Shown here: positions 37,477 through 50,903 of the stretch, piece after piece
How the letters are laid out: every line of letters begins with the position of its first letter
How positions within the stretch are numbered: position 1 is the first letter of the stretch
DNA from: Octopus vulgaris
Taxonomy: Eukaryota
Length of the DNA stretch: 64,000 bases
Reading direction: 5' to 3'
Assembly: GCA_951406725.2 (NCBI GenBank)
Contig: OX597817.1
Coordinates: 144,584,001-144,648,000 of the forward strand
Notes under the pieces: generated by a model
The model's database searches: none
What the model was told of the DNA's origin: nothing
Seen by the model: the letters and a program-made list of their open reading frames with translations, nothing else
Translations under genes and position numbers: made by a program

Positions 37477-38949
37477 ATAAACTACGTTTCACCCACCGGA
37501 AACGATGCGTATGTTTATACATAAACATTTCGGTATATCCTCCTGTGGATGTTCTTGTAATTGGTGTCTGATTTGCACCAGTGACCAAAGAACCGATCTA
37601 TCAATACATTTACTTTCTTCCTGGCAACATGTTGTCACAGTAGAACCGTTCGCTATGCTGATTAAAAGAAGTTTACTCAAGCAATCATAGTGTAAAAGCA
37701 CGAGGAAGAATTTGTTACCATTTAAACATGAAATAAATCTTCTAAAAGAGTTTGAAAACAAAGAAAGCATGAATAAATATCTGCATTTGATTTTGAATCC
37801 AGCTGTATAATTTTTCCAGATTCTATATTATTTGTCTACAAGAACAAAGAATCTCAGAATAATAGTGTTCTCTATAGAGTTGCCATTTTACTTTCAAGAT
37901 GTATATATATATCTTTATATATATTTTCCATTCACCCATGCCATTACTTGGTAATTATTTTACCTTGATCTTAGATACAGCCATATCAATCAGCTTTTAA
38001 ACTGAAGGAACTTTCTTCCATTCCATGCTGATTTTTGCAGTGAGTTGTTATCAATTGTTCTCTCACTAATTCTTTGGTAGTTAAGCTAAATGGTGCATCA
38101 GGAGATGAAGGATCTTAAAACTCCTTTGCTATAAATATATCTGTGTCTGATCTACAAACTAACTAAAACAACTGGCAGGTCTGTTCACAAAAACTAAATC
38201 AGTCCTGTAACATGAACTCTGTCTGTCTGTCTGTCTTACACACACACACACACACACTCTCCTCTAGTGTCACTCTCACTTATCTCTGTTTCTCATTCTC
38301 TGCTCTGCACTCACTCACTCCTGCTATATAAGAAATACCCTGTTTCTAATGTTCCCTGAAAGGCATGAACATCATAACACCTGACTACATGTGAATGCTC
38401 TACTACAAAACTCAAAAGCTCAGATCTTTGTCACTAATACTTATAACAAAAGCATGAATGTTTTTCTTTTTTTTTTTAATCCTCTCAGTTGAAGTGAAGG
38501 TGCACGGTCTAATGGTGGCCTAGTGGTTAGGGTGTTGTACTCTTAATCACAAAGTCGTGGTTTCAAATCATTGACCAAGTGGCGCATTGTATTCTTGAGC
38601 AAAGCACTTCATTTCACATTGCCCCAGTCCACTCAGCTGTAAAGGAGTAATCCTGTAACTGTTTAGGGTCCTGTTCAAGGGGAAGGTTGTGATCTCAGCC
38701 ACTAATACACTATGAAAGCCAGGCAAGCAACTCAAGATGGTACTTTACCCTTTACCTATCAACCAAAGTACTCTTTCCCAATGCAAGAATTTCATATCTT
38801 GTCTTTATTCCAAGAAAAACATCTACAGACCAGATTCTGTAAGCAAGCATTCCATTCTCTGCCAATCTGTCACAAACTGTTTCTAATATTATTATGTGGT
38901 CGACAAGGTAATGGCAAAAGACTGAGACCTCTGGAGATATTCTGTGATT

Positions 38950-39525
38950 GAAAAAACCTGGCAAGTAAAGTGAGATCGCAGCCATAGCCTATACCAGTGT
39001 CGCATATCCAGCCCATTTAAAAAGTACCTTTGAATCGTTGGGCGACATGCCATGCTTGAGGAGACCTATTGAGTCAAATAAAATCAAAATCAAATCAAAT
39101 TCAAAAATGGAAACTGTAGTTGTGGCCGATGCTAGTTCCAACTGACTGGCTCCCATGCTGGTGGCACGCAATAAGCACCATTCATGCATGGTTCATTGCC
39201 AGTACTGCCTGACTGGCTTGCTGTGCTGGTGGAACATAAAAAGCACCATCTGAATGTGGTCAGTGCCAGCCACACCCCCACACCCCAACTGACTCCTGAC
39301 TCAAATGTGGCCAATGCCAGTGCTGCCTGACTGGCTCCCGTGCTGCTGGCATGTAAAAAGCACCCACTACACACTCGGAGTGATTGGTGTTAGGAAGGGC
39401 ATCCACCTGTAGAAACTTTGCCAGATCAGATTGGGGCCTGGTGTGGCCTCCTGGCTTGCCAGTTCTCAGTCAAACCGTCCAACCCATGTCAGCATGGAAA
39501 ACAGACATTAAACGATGATGATGGT
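38950..39525 (+). mobile_element. SINE family C
   Basis: About 3 diverged internal units and the family tail. Confidence 0.85.
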
Positions 39526-39923
39526 GAATAAATTATTATGATGTGCTTGACATGTTAAATAATAGTTCCATTTGTTTACTAATTACAATTACTCGTTACC
39601 TCGTTGCCTCACTGACCTGTATAACGACTAACAAGCATTGTTGACAGAAGCAGAATCAGCCGCCCTCCCCCCACACACATCCCCCTATATCTATATTTAC
39701 CTCTTCCATTAACTTACTAAAACATTGGATGCCATTCTTCATTTATATTGGTGACCATGTCTTCGAAATTTCATTGATTTTTCTCTCTGATGATGTGTTA
39801 ATTATTAGAATGCGTTGTGATTGCATGCACTGAAGTTGATTAAAATCGATAAATTAATTTTTGCTTTTTTTTTTATTTTGTTATTTATATTATGTTATTC
39901 AATTGTCTGGTTTGTTATTGTTG

Positions 39924-39972
39924 TTATCATCATCATCATCATCATCACTATCATCATCACTATCATCATCAC

Positions 39973-40007
<35 letters not shown>

Positions 40008-40032
40008 CTATCATCATCATTATTATTATTAT
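39924..40032. repeat. (CAT)n/(TAT)n tract
   Basis: Direct reading. Confidence 0.95.
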
Positions 40033-40457
40033 CAGTAGTTGTTTGTTTGTTTAGTATATTTCTCTACCCCAAAATTGAAGTTTCTGAATATTACTTATTG
40101 ATTAGTGTTTCCATGATAATTGTTTGTATTCTGTTATTTTATTTTATTCTATTTTATTATATTTTTTTGTGTATTTGTGTTTGTGTGTATATTTGTTTTT
40201 TAAATTGATGCAAATGATGTATCACATTAGACTATGCTCTGCCGCAGTGTACAAAGGAATGGTATATCATAAATTATAATACACATTTATAGTGTAATAC
40301 ATACCACATGGTATCACACACTACACATCACCACTACGTTCCACACTGCATCACATACTTGCTTCACACTTCACTGTTCTAACTAATGAAAAGAGAATGT
40401 TCCTATGTGGTTGCTTGACCCAATAGTGATAAAAAAGCAAGTTAATTCCCTTGGATA

Positions 40458-40671
40458 CTCTCTCTTTACTCTTGTACTTGTTTCAGTCATTTGATTGTGG
40501 CCATGCTGGAGCACCGCCTTTAGTCGAGCAAATCAACCCAGGACTTATTCTTTGTAAGCCTAGTTCTTATTCTATTGGTCTCTTTGCTGAACCGCTAAGT
40601 TACAGGGATGTAAACACACCACCATCAGTTGTCAAGCGATGTTGCGGGGACAAACACAGACACACAAACAT

Positions 40672-40702
<31 letters not shown>

Positions 40703-40868
40703 CACAACAGGCTTCTTTCAGTTTCCCTCTACCAAATCCACTCACAAGGCTTTGGTTGACCCGAGGCTATAGTAGAAGACACTTGCCGAAGGTGCCACGC
40801 AGTGGGACTAAACCCAAAACCATGTGATTGGTAAGCAAGCTACTTACCGCACAACCACTCCTGTGCCT
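40458..40868 (-). mobile_element. SINE family A, full length
   Basis: Match to the family. Confidence 0.9.
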
Positions 40869-40884
40869 ATCACTCTTTATGTTT

Positions 40885-41097
40885 TAGACCCTTAGCATTT
40901 AGACTATTCTGTCAAATCTAATGCTTCTTTATTCACATTGTTTTGAATGAATCATGTATTATCTTGTAGCTTTGAGATTTCAATGGTGTGGTTGTATTTT
41001 TTTGAATGACATTGTAGGGTAGGTACGAGAGATTGAACATAAAGCAGATATAATATTTAGGCCAGATGTGGTCAGTTTAAATGTTCAAATGTTTAAG
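40885..41097 (+). mobile_element. piggyBac-like MITE
   Basis: Homologous to 6447-6675; opposite-end fragment at ~41168-41275. Confidence 0.6.
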
Positions 41098-41581
41098 GAT
41101 AAAGAAATAATGTTGATCATTGTGATTCAGTGTGTACAGTCACCGTCGTCAGCATCATCACTACTGCTTAACTCTTTGGCATTTAAACTGGCCATAACCA
41201 ACCCAAATATTCTATGTTTTATGTTCAAGCCAGATAGATCCAGCCTTTCACGCCACCATACAATGTCATTCTAGAAGGAAAACAAAAAAAAAAACAATGA
41301 GAGGGACACATGCACACACACACACGTATTTGTATGTGTATATATATATAGAGAGAGAGAGATAAGAGAAAAATCTATCAGAAAGGAACTCTATCTCTCT
41401 AAAAAAATATCTTTTGATAAGCATAACAAATGCACAACCGGTAAAAAGAACTTTCACCTAATTAAATACACTCTCCCTTACTTAAATTATTTTGTCAGCA
41501 TTTTCTTCATTTATTTTTTTATATATCACAACTCGTGTTCCACATCTCCTTTTTTAAATATATATATATACATATACATAT

Positions 41582-41668
41582 ATACACATACAACCTTTGA
41601 CAGAGTAACAGTTCTATGTACAATTTGAACAGACATATCAGTACATTGAATGACCTCGCTCCAACATA

Positions 41669-41712
<44 letters not shown>

Positions 41713-42024
41713 AGAGAGTATTAGTGCGTATGAGAGGTCTGGACGTGTGTATGTATATATGATGTGATGTGTAAAGTCGTATGGTGTAGTGTAGAGAGAG
41801 GAGATGAGGGAAGAGGGGGAAGGAAGGGGGAGAAGGAAGGAGAGGAGAGGAGGATAGAGGGAGAGGGGGAGAGAGAGAGAGAAGGGAGTGAGGGAGCAGA
41901 GAGAAAGAGGGAAGAAGGAGGGAGGAAGGAAGAAGGGAAGAGGAGTAGGGGTGAAAGGTATACACATACAACCTTTGACAGAGTAACAGTTCTATGTACA
42001 ATTTGAACAGACATATCAGTACAT
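41582..42024. repeat. 65-bp direct repeats flanking (GT)n and a polypurine tract
   Basis: ATACACATACAACCTTTGACAG...CAGTACAT at 41582-41646 and 41960-42024. Confidence 0.92.
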
Positions 42025-43005
42025 AAACATACGTTCACATGTACATATACACACACACAAACACATCTACACACTTACATACCTGAGTACTCATATACAT
42101 ACATACATGCGTACATACATAATACATACATACGTACATACATACATGCTTCCATTAGTCAATCATGAACTGACTGTTACTTTCTCAGGTGCAGCACGGA
42201 ATTTTGTCAGTGATGAAGTCGCAGTCTCAAAGCGACGAAAATATTTGACAAATTAAATTTAAATGGGTCTCTAGCAGATGGCTGTTAACCAAGGTGCCAC
42301 ACACTAGGACTGAATCCAAGACCACATGCTTAAGAATCAAGCTTCTTCACCACACAGCCATGCCTGCACAAACCCTGTGTGTCTCTAGGCGTACAGTATT
42401 TGGGGGTGAAAAAAAAAAACAGGATGGTCATATTGAGATTTGCCTTTGAGCCAATGATGATAACAACAACACCATCTCTGTCTTAAGATTATAGGTGTTG
42501 AGCTGGCAGAATCATTAGCACACCAGAAAAACTACTTTGCAGCATTTTATCTGTCTGCATGTTCTTGAGTTCAAATACCACGGCGGTCTAATTTGCTTTT
42601 CATTCTTCAGGGGCAATAAAATAAGCACTACTTGAGCACTGGGTTTGACTTAACTAACTTAGCCCCTCTTCCGAAATTGCTGGCATTGTGACAAAATTTT
42701 GAAACCGTTACTTTGAAAATGAAGAAGAATTTAGTAAGATAACTGCCATTTTTTAAGCTGGTATCTGTTAAATGTGTGTGTGTGTGTGTATGTAATACAT
42801 GTTATATAGATTAACATGAAATTCAAATGGAAATTTTTTTATTTAGATCCCCTTAAACCAAGGTGTGGTCTCAGGTGAGTTGATATCAAAGGGGCTAAAT
42901 ATATAAATCCAAAAAAATGGAATATGGTCATAGCTTGATCAGTTTTAATCATAGAATTAATGGAGCAGCACTAACCTGGATTGAAATAGCAACATTACTC
43001 TGTTA

Positions 43006-43041
<36 letters not shown>

Positions 43042-43399
43042 TATTATTATTATTATATTATTATTATTATATATTATTATTATTATGATTATTATTATTA
43101 TAATATATTATTTTTTCAAGATACGGATATGTGATATCTGGATACATAATGTCTTGTATTTACATAATTTTGTTTTGTATTAACATAATTTTATACATAA
43201 TGATTTTGTATTACCTTCTCAGAGAGCCTCAGTGAAAATATGTTGTAGCCATTTGGCTGTGTATTTGAGAAGTGTGTAATTTTACACACCTCAGTTAACC
43301 TGGCCATCTGGGATATACATCAGATCATTTGATGGTGTTGTCTAAATATTGGTTGATGTTTGTTCCTCAAGAGGTCTTTGAACTATTCATGTTTACATC

Positions 43400-43830
43400 T
43401 TTTCTCCTTTGCCTGTTTTTGTCATTAGACCGTGGCCATGCTGGGGCACCACATTGAAGAATTTTAGTTGAATCAATTGACCTTGGTGCTTTTTCTTTTT
43501 AAATATGGTTATTATTCTATTGGTGTCTTTTGCTGAACCACTATGTTACAGGGACATAAACAAAACAACACCAGTTGTCAAGTAGTGGGTAGGGGACAAA
43601 CACACACACAGTGACAGACACACACACACACACACAAAGACACATACACAAAGACACACTCACAAAGACACACACACATACAATGGACTTCTTTCAGTGT
43701 GCATCTACCAAATCCATTTGCAAGGGTTTTGGTTGGCCTGAGGGTATAGCAGAAGGCTTGTCCAAGGTGCCATGCAGAGATACTGAACCCAGAACCCTAT
43801 GGTTGGGAAGCAAACTTACCACACATCCAC
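43400..43830 (-). mobile_element. SINE family A, old copy
   Basis: Diverged match to the family. Confidence 0.75.
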
Positions 43831-44271
43831 CACTTCATCATCATCAGTATTTGAATGCCAGTCTTGTCCATGTTGCCTGATTTGGCCAAGCCTGCAGTAT
43901 GGTGCATCACCACTTCTCTCTCTCTTCTGTGTCATCTTACACGAGGTCTGATCTCATCATTTCCTCTCATGTCTTGTATTTAAAGTTTCTCGGTTGCAGC
44001 TACCTTCCGTTCATGCTACAAAGCAAGGTTTCATACAACGGATGTTATTCACTCACACCACATCTCATACCAACCATAGCCACCTCTCCTGCACATTCCA
44101 GTTAACAAGCCAATGCGGGAGCCTCTGTGTGGTGACTCAACTTGCTAGAAATAGCTGCCAAATCTCCTTTAAATCATGAAGTATTGCCTTACAAATGGGA
44201 GGTCACATTAGATAATGTAGTCCTAGATATATTGAATGGTTATGTCTTGAATTCTTTTGATCATAAGTTAC

Positions 44272-44647
44272 AGGTATGGCAGTGTGTATAAGATGTTCAC
44301 TTTTGCAACCACATGGCTATGGGTTCAATCTCACTGTGTGGCAACTTGGGAAAGTAGTTCCTTTTGTAGTCTCATGAATGAGTTTGGTAAAGGGAAACTG
44401 CAGAATCCAGTTATGTGTGTGTGTGTGTGTGTGCATGTACATTTTTGTTTGTTTCTCACTGCTTAACAAACCACAGTTGGTTGGTTTATGTCCCATGTAA
44501 CTTAGAAGTTTGGCAAAAAGAGACCAACGGAATGGGTACCAGACTTAAAATAAGTTCCAGTGTTGATTTGATTGAATAAATCCTTCTAAGCTCTGCCCCA
44601 ACATGGCCACGATCTAATAACTGAAACCAGTAACAGAATGAAAGAAT
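44272..44647 (+). mobile_element. SINE family A, old copy
   Basis: Diverged match to the family. Confidence 0.75.
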
Positions 44648-45823
44648 ATGTTTGCTTTATCAAGATAGATCTAGGAGCATTCACCAAAACCATCAACTAC
44701 AACCAAGACCGATATTTTTAATAGCCAGCTGCTCTTTCTACTCACATATCTGCTGCCTCTCATAAATGGTAATAATATACAGTAACATCCAACAGAACCA
44801 TTATCTTAAATTACACGATCTTTTGTTGTTACACAGCAAATTAGATTGAAAGTGACTGTGTAATCCTGACCAGCAGAGGCTTACAAAACTAGGGCTCGTT
44901 ATGAGTTCATTAGTCCTGTGCCAATAGTTGTTGTTGTTGCTTAGCTCTCAGTTAGCAATGACTGAGTAGACATGATTTAAGATCTTCCAACTTTGACCAC
45001 CCTGTCATTTTTCAGATTAGTATACAGATACAAAGAGCTGGAACAAACATTGCACAGTATCCAATCTAACTTTCTTACAGTTGTACAGATCCAAAACCCT
45101 GAATTGGTACTTCTGTTTTTTATTGACCCCCAAAACAATGATAGGCAAGTTTGATCTCAGTGGGATTTGAACTCAGGGTGCAGAGTCAGAACAGATATCA
45201 CAAGGTGTTCTGTTTGAAGATCTAATAACTCTACCAGTTCATCACTTTTGTAGCCTTGGAGTGACTGATGCTTTGTCGGTGAATTTGGTAGACAGAAACT
45301 GTGCAGAAGCCTGTCATGTGTATACATGAGAGAGAGAGAGTGAGTGTGTGTGCTATTTCAAGTAAGCTGAGCAACAGTGAAGAGACTCCTTTGTTGACTC
45401 AAGTTTATGAGAGTCAAAGCTCCTTCTCAATATAATATTAGTCTACTGAGTTTTTTTTTTTAACTAACATTCATTCATCACCTTAATATCCATTCTCCTC
45501 ACTTACATGGATTGAGACCATGAATAACGCAAGATCTTTGCAGTTGACCAACTCCTTTGTTTGGCCATGTTCTACTTTAAACTGCTCTGTGGTATATAAT
45601 ACAGAACTGTATCTATCAGTTATTATATTGTATCCCATCACATTGTATATGCTTCTGTTATGGCCTGTTTGAAATGGTAACCAAACATCGCTTAAATCAC
45701 TCTGAGACATGTTAAAAAATTGGAAGGGCACATTAGCATATGAAGTTCAGGACACACACCAAAAAAAAAAAACAAATGAAGAAAAACAGGACAGTCATGG
45801 CTGAACACCTTTCAAGATATCTG

Positions 45824-46048
45824 TTTCTTTATTACCCACAAGGGGCTAAACATAGAGGGGACAAACAAGGACAAAAGGATTAAGTCGATTACATCGACCC
45901 CAGTGCGTAACTGGTACTTAATTTATCGACCCCGAAAGGATGAAAGGCAAAGTCGACCTGGGCGGAATTTGAACTCAGAACGTAATGGCAGATGAAGTAC
46001 AGCTATGCATTTCGCCTGGCGTGCTAACGATTCTGCCAGCTCGCCGTC
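45824..46048 (-). mobile_element. SINE family B with 16-bp target-site duplication
   Basis: ACCTTTCAAGATATCT at ~45807 and 46051. Confidence 0.9.
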
Positions 46049-46489
46049 TTACCTTTCAAGATATCTTCCTTATCAGATGCTCAACAACAGCAGCAGCTTG
46101 CTATTATTATTCGACATCACACCTGTTTCCCAGATTATATTATTCTTTGACACACCTGCTACTCAACACTGCTGTTCCACCACTGTACTGCTCTACCACT
46201 AAACTGTACCTGCACCAACAAACCTCTTATCTTACATTTTAAAAGAAGGCCATCCAGCTCACTGACAAAGAATGGCTCCCCAGCACACTATAACCACTAG
46301 CTGTGCTACAGGTATGTTACAGGTATGTCTTCTGCTGGTAATGGTGCTACTGTAACACAGTTGGTTCAAAATGTGTATCACATTTTTCCATGTTTACCTG
46401 ATGTATCTATTTCTCCTCTGCTTGCCAACTTTGTAACGTATCACACCCTTAGCTTGACACTAAAAGTCATTTTCCCTAATCATTATTAT

Positions 46490-47215
46490 AGGTAAATGTT
46501 TGGCTGTGTGGTTAAGAAGCTGGCTTCCCAGCCATATGGTTTTGGCTTCAGTCCTACTTTTATTCTTTTACTTATTTCAGTCATTTGACTGCGGCCATGC
46601 TGGAGCACCGCCTTTTAGTCGAGCAAAATCGACCCCAGGACTTAGTCTTTGTAAGCCCAGTACTTTAACCGCTAAGTTACGGGGACGTAAACATACTAGC
46701 ATCAGTTGTCAAGCGATGTTGGAGGGACACACTGACACACAAACATAAACATGCATATATATATATATATGTATGTATATATATATACACACGACGGGCT
46801 TCTTTCAGTTTCTGTTTACCAAATCCACTCCCAAGGCTTTGGTCGACCCGGGGCTATAGTAGAAGACACTTGCCCAAGGTGCCACGCAGTAGGACTGAAC
46901 CCGGAACCATGTGGTTGGTAAGCAAGCTACTTGCCACACAGCCACTCTTGCGCCTATTGTTTGACACCTTGGTTAAATATCTTTTACTATTGTCCAGGCT
47001 AACCAAAAGCCTTGTGAGTGGATTTAGCAGATGGGAACTGAAAGGAGCACAATGTATATATACATGTGTGTGTGCATGCATATCAAATCCATCCACAAAG
47101 CTTTGCTCAACCTGGGGCTATGGAAGAAGACACTTGCCCAAGGTGCCACACAGTGAGACTGAACCAAAGATCACATGTTTAGGGAGCAAACTTCTTAACC
47201 ATACATCCATGCTTT
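46490..47215. mobile_element. Nested family A cluster
   Basis: Minus copy 46556-46955 inserted into a plus-strand copy; further minus fragment to ~47215. Confidence 0.8.
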
Positions 47216-47659
47216 GTGGCTATTAAACAACATGATTTATATAATAACATTTATATTAATTAAGCATTGTTATCAACATAAATCTAACAAATATGGTGAG
47301 AATAATGGTAACAAATTTTTCTACCTAGAAACAGCTTCCCTGTTGGAATCTCTGAAATTCCTCCTGGAATTCTGACTGAAGTGCTAAATGGTAAATGTAG
47401 TAGCAGCACTAAGCTCATAGAAGACTATAACAGTTTATCATTTAGCATAGAATTTATAGAATATTTGCAACAAATTACAGAATTTGGCAGAGAAGAATCA
47501 GATAATTATTTACTATAGACAATCTGTGTAAAACTTCTATTATCTCTGTGATGATGAATGTGTAAGTAGAGAAAGGGAGAGATGGAGAACTGTTTTGGTA
47601 AATGGGAATTAGGCGACCATATTTAGATTCTTAATTAGAATGTCTTCAATACGCTATTT

Positions 47660-48480
47660 GGGAAATATTATTAGGTGGAGATTGTACGTATCAACTCTTT
47701 ACATTTAGTTCAAATCCTGCCAGGAAGAACTTTTCCTTCCATGCTTTCAGGCTCTGTAAGCTATGAAGCAGGCATATAGTGGAGTCAACTCAGTCGAGCT
47801 TGCCTGATTGCTTCAAATCTGTGGCTTTGTGCCAATATAAGGAATTACTATTGGTTGTAGCTAAATGGTAGAAATGCTAGTGAACCAGACTAAATGCTTT
47901 ACACTTGTTGGCTTTGCCCCCTTTCTAGGTATTAATTCATTTGGGGGATCAATAAAATGAATACCAGCCATGTACAGATGGTGATTTAACCAACTAGATC
48001 TTTTCTATGACCACGTTACAATATAAGTAGTCGTTACCCTTTTCCCCTAAATTCTTAGCCTTGTGCCAAAATTTGAAACAATTACTAATGGGGTGGCAAG
48101 CTGGCAGAATTGATGCTGTGCCAGAGAAAGTGTATGGTGGCATTTCTTGTGGCTCTATGTTTTCAGTTCAAATTCCATTGCGGTCGATTTTGCCATTCAT
48201 CCTTTTTGGGGCTGATTAAAAAAAAAGTCCCAATTGGACTGCTAGATTGGTGTAATCAACTTACCACTAACCTCAAAAGTTGCTGACCGTGTGTCAAAAT
48301 TTGAAACCTTCACTCTTCGTCCTTTTGAGGTTGATAAAATAGGTACCAGATAAAGACTGTGGTTGATGTTATTGACTAGACCCCCCCTCCATTGAAATTG
48401 CTGGCCTTGTGCCAGAATTTGAAATTATTATTATTATTATTAGAATGAGTGAACTGGTAGAATCATTAGCACACCAAACA
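47660..48480 (+). mobile_element. Tandem run of decayed family B-like SINEs
   Basis: Repeated GTTCAAAT, TTCATCCTTT and CCTTGTGCCAA motifs. Confidence 0.65.
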
Positions 48481-49444
48481 ATTAATTAATTAAGGGAAGA
48501 CTAACACCTCAGATGTAGGAAAACACTCTTAAATTGAAGATGCTCTCACTCGGTGGGAATAAAACCCAAGCAAATCAAATATGGCATACATCAAGAACAA
48601 TGTTAGTTCTATCAAAAAATATAATATTCAAATTTCCACATTATCTAGTCATAACCTAATTCATCATCATCATCATCCTGTGTTTTAAATCCAGGTTTTG
48701 TCCCCATTAACGGAGCTGGCTGGATCTACCTCAATACCATGGCAATTGTGGTAGGCAAGTGCAGCCCACCCCAACCCTTGAGCTGGCTGGCTGGTGCCCA
48801 TTCTCCTTTGCTATCATAAGGCTGTTTTGGAGCTGGATTTTCTACGAGGAGCATGCCCTTGCTTACCATCAACTTCAGTTTCTAGACATGAGTAGTCTCA
48901 AAACCAAGGCCTCTATCATGATTTCTAAGAAATGTGGTATTAAACTAGCTCAAGAACGCAGGGACGCTACTCACTGAGACCCCTTTCGGAGCCCTCCTAC
49001 CTAATTATAAATTCAAAATGACTGACAAGGCAAACAGACCCTTATTTTAGGTCAATTTCTCTACCAAACTATCTCTAGCCTGGAATGCCAACAGATTGGG
49101 GTACAGAATAGATGCTGAATCAAAGGCATTGATGAAGTTGGCCTAGATTTCATTGTGGGGTTGCTCATAGCCATATGTAGGAGTTCAAGCGTTTTTGACC
49201 CCTGGGTAGTAGCATTCATGTGTCTCTGGAAGATGAACACATGAAGTGTATTAAATTTACACTAGAACAGCATCTAGGCAAGTATCAAAGTAATACACAT
49301 GCAAAATTTCAGCCTATTACAACAATTATTCTCAGAGGGCCCTCATGCTGGTTGCATGTAGTGGTTTGCATTAGGAAAGGCATCCAGCTGTAGAAATCAT
49401 GCCAGATCAGATTGAAGCCTGACAACTAGTCGCTGGTCTATAGA

Positions 49445-49670
49445 TTAGAAAATGACTAATTTTTAAAATCTCACAATGAGAGATATTCAGCAACAGTACT
49501 TTGGAGTAAAGATTATTTGCCAACGGAACATGACAGTCCTGGTTTAGGACGAATGTTGCTGTAATTTAGCCCCAGGAGACACGTTACGTTATTTTGGCAA
49601 ATAATCTTTACTCCAAAGTACTGTTGCTGAATATCTCTCATTGTGAGATTTACAAATAGTAATTTTCTAA
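49445..49670. repeat. Long inverted repeat (~78-bp arms, ~70-bp spacer)
   Basis: AAATCTCACAATGAGAG...ATTATTTGCCAA is perfectly inverted in the right arm over more than 55 bp. Confidence 0.95.
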
Positions 49671-49826
49671 AGCAACACTAGTAGTACTAATATTCTTTGT
49701 AATTTAAACTTGTTTGAGACTTTACTCAATCACTGAACAATGAGGAAAGTCACACAAAGACAAAAGTGCAAAATAAAATACAAAACAACCAATAAACAAA
49801 ATAACTCATTCTTATCTCTAATCAAT

Positions 49827-49871
49827 AGTTGTACCTGATCTGAGTTGTACCTGATCTGAGTTGTACCTGAT
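49827..49871. repeat. 16-bp tandem repeat, ~2.8 copies
   Basis: AGTTGTACCTGATCTG. Confidence 0.95.
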
Positions 49872-50599
49872 TAAACATTTTAGTTGCTACCTCATAACAT
49901 CACCACTGCTACCACCACCGCTGCCGCCATACTTTGACAATCTCAGAGCTTAAATTTTTAGGAAATCCTCATTCCACCTATTCATGTTTTGTCTTTGATG
50001 TCAAGAGTAACCCGACACCTCAATGCCAGTGCCATTTCTAAGTTCAGGAAATCTTCTTCCTGTTTGCCAATAATTACTCTTACAGATACACCCGATCTCG
50101 TTAGTCAGTTCACTGAGGTGTAGTTTACAGCATGTCTTGATGTATGAATCTAGTCCCACCCGTCACCACCCTCCACCCTGCATGGTTTCAATGTTTAATC
50201 TTGTTACCAGGAAAGGAAAAACTGAAATAATGTAGATATCGTCACTAGAGTTATTATTTTCTGTAGATGCAGGCATGGCTGTGTGGTTAAGAAGTTTGCT
50301 TCCCAACCATACGGTTCCAGGTTCAGTCCCATTGAATGGCACATTGGGCAAGTTAGTCATATGCTAACCAAAGTCTTACATATATATATGTGTGAGTGTT
50401 TATATATATATATATATCATTAATTAATTAATTAATATATTATATTTTGATCATTCATTTTAATACTTTTTGAGATCTAGTTATAAGTTATGTTTTATAA
50501 AAATATATATTATTTGTTATTTATGTATTGGTTTATGTCTATCAATGTTTGAGTTGCATAATAGTGGTTTTGTCTCTAATTCATATTTTATATATACAA

Positions 50600-50659
<60 letters not shown>

Positions 50660-50689
50660 GTGGTGTACAGATATTGTATAATGAGAAAA

Positions 50690-50829
50690 AAGAGGCAGTC
50701 AGAATAGAATATTGGATAATCCTTTATTAGCGCTTTCATTTGTTTATGAACTTGTCAAGACAAAATCAAAATCTTTGTAAATGAATGAAAGCGCTAATAA
50801 AGAATTATCAAAAATTCTGACTTCCTCCT

Positions 50830-50830
<1 letters not shown>
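50690..50830. repeat. Inverted repeat containing a variant hammerhead-like motif
   Basis: GATAATCCTTTATTAGCGCTTTCATT / AATGAAAGCGCTAATAAAGAATTATC; outer GTCAGAAT / ATTCTGAC. Confidence 0.85.

Positions 50831-50903
<73 letters not shown>

Noticed and set aside
38323-38332. TATA box (TATATAAG)
   Set aside because: Common in AT-rich DNA; no supported downstream transcript
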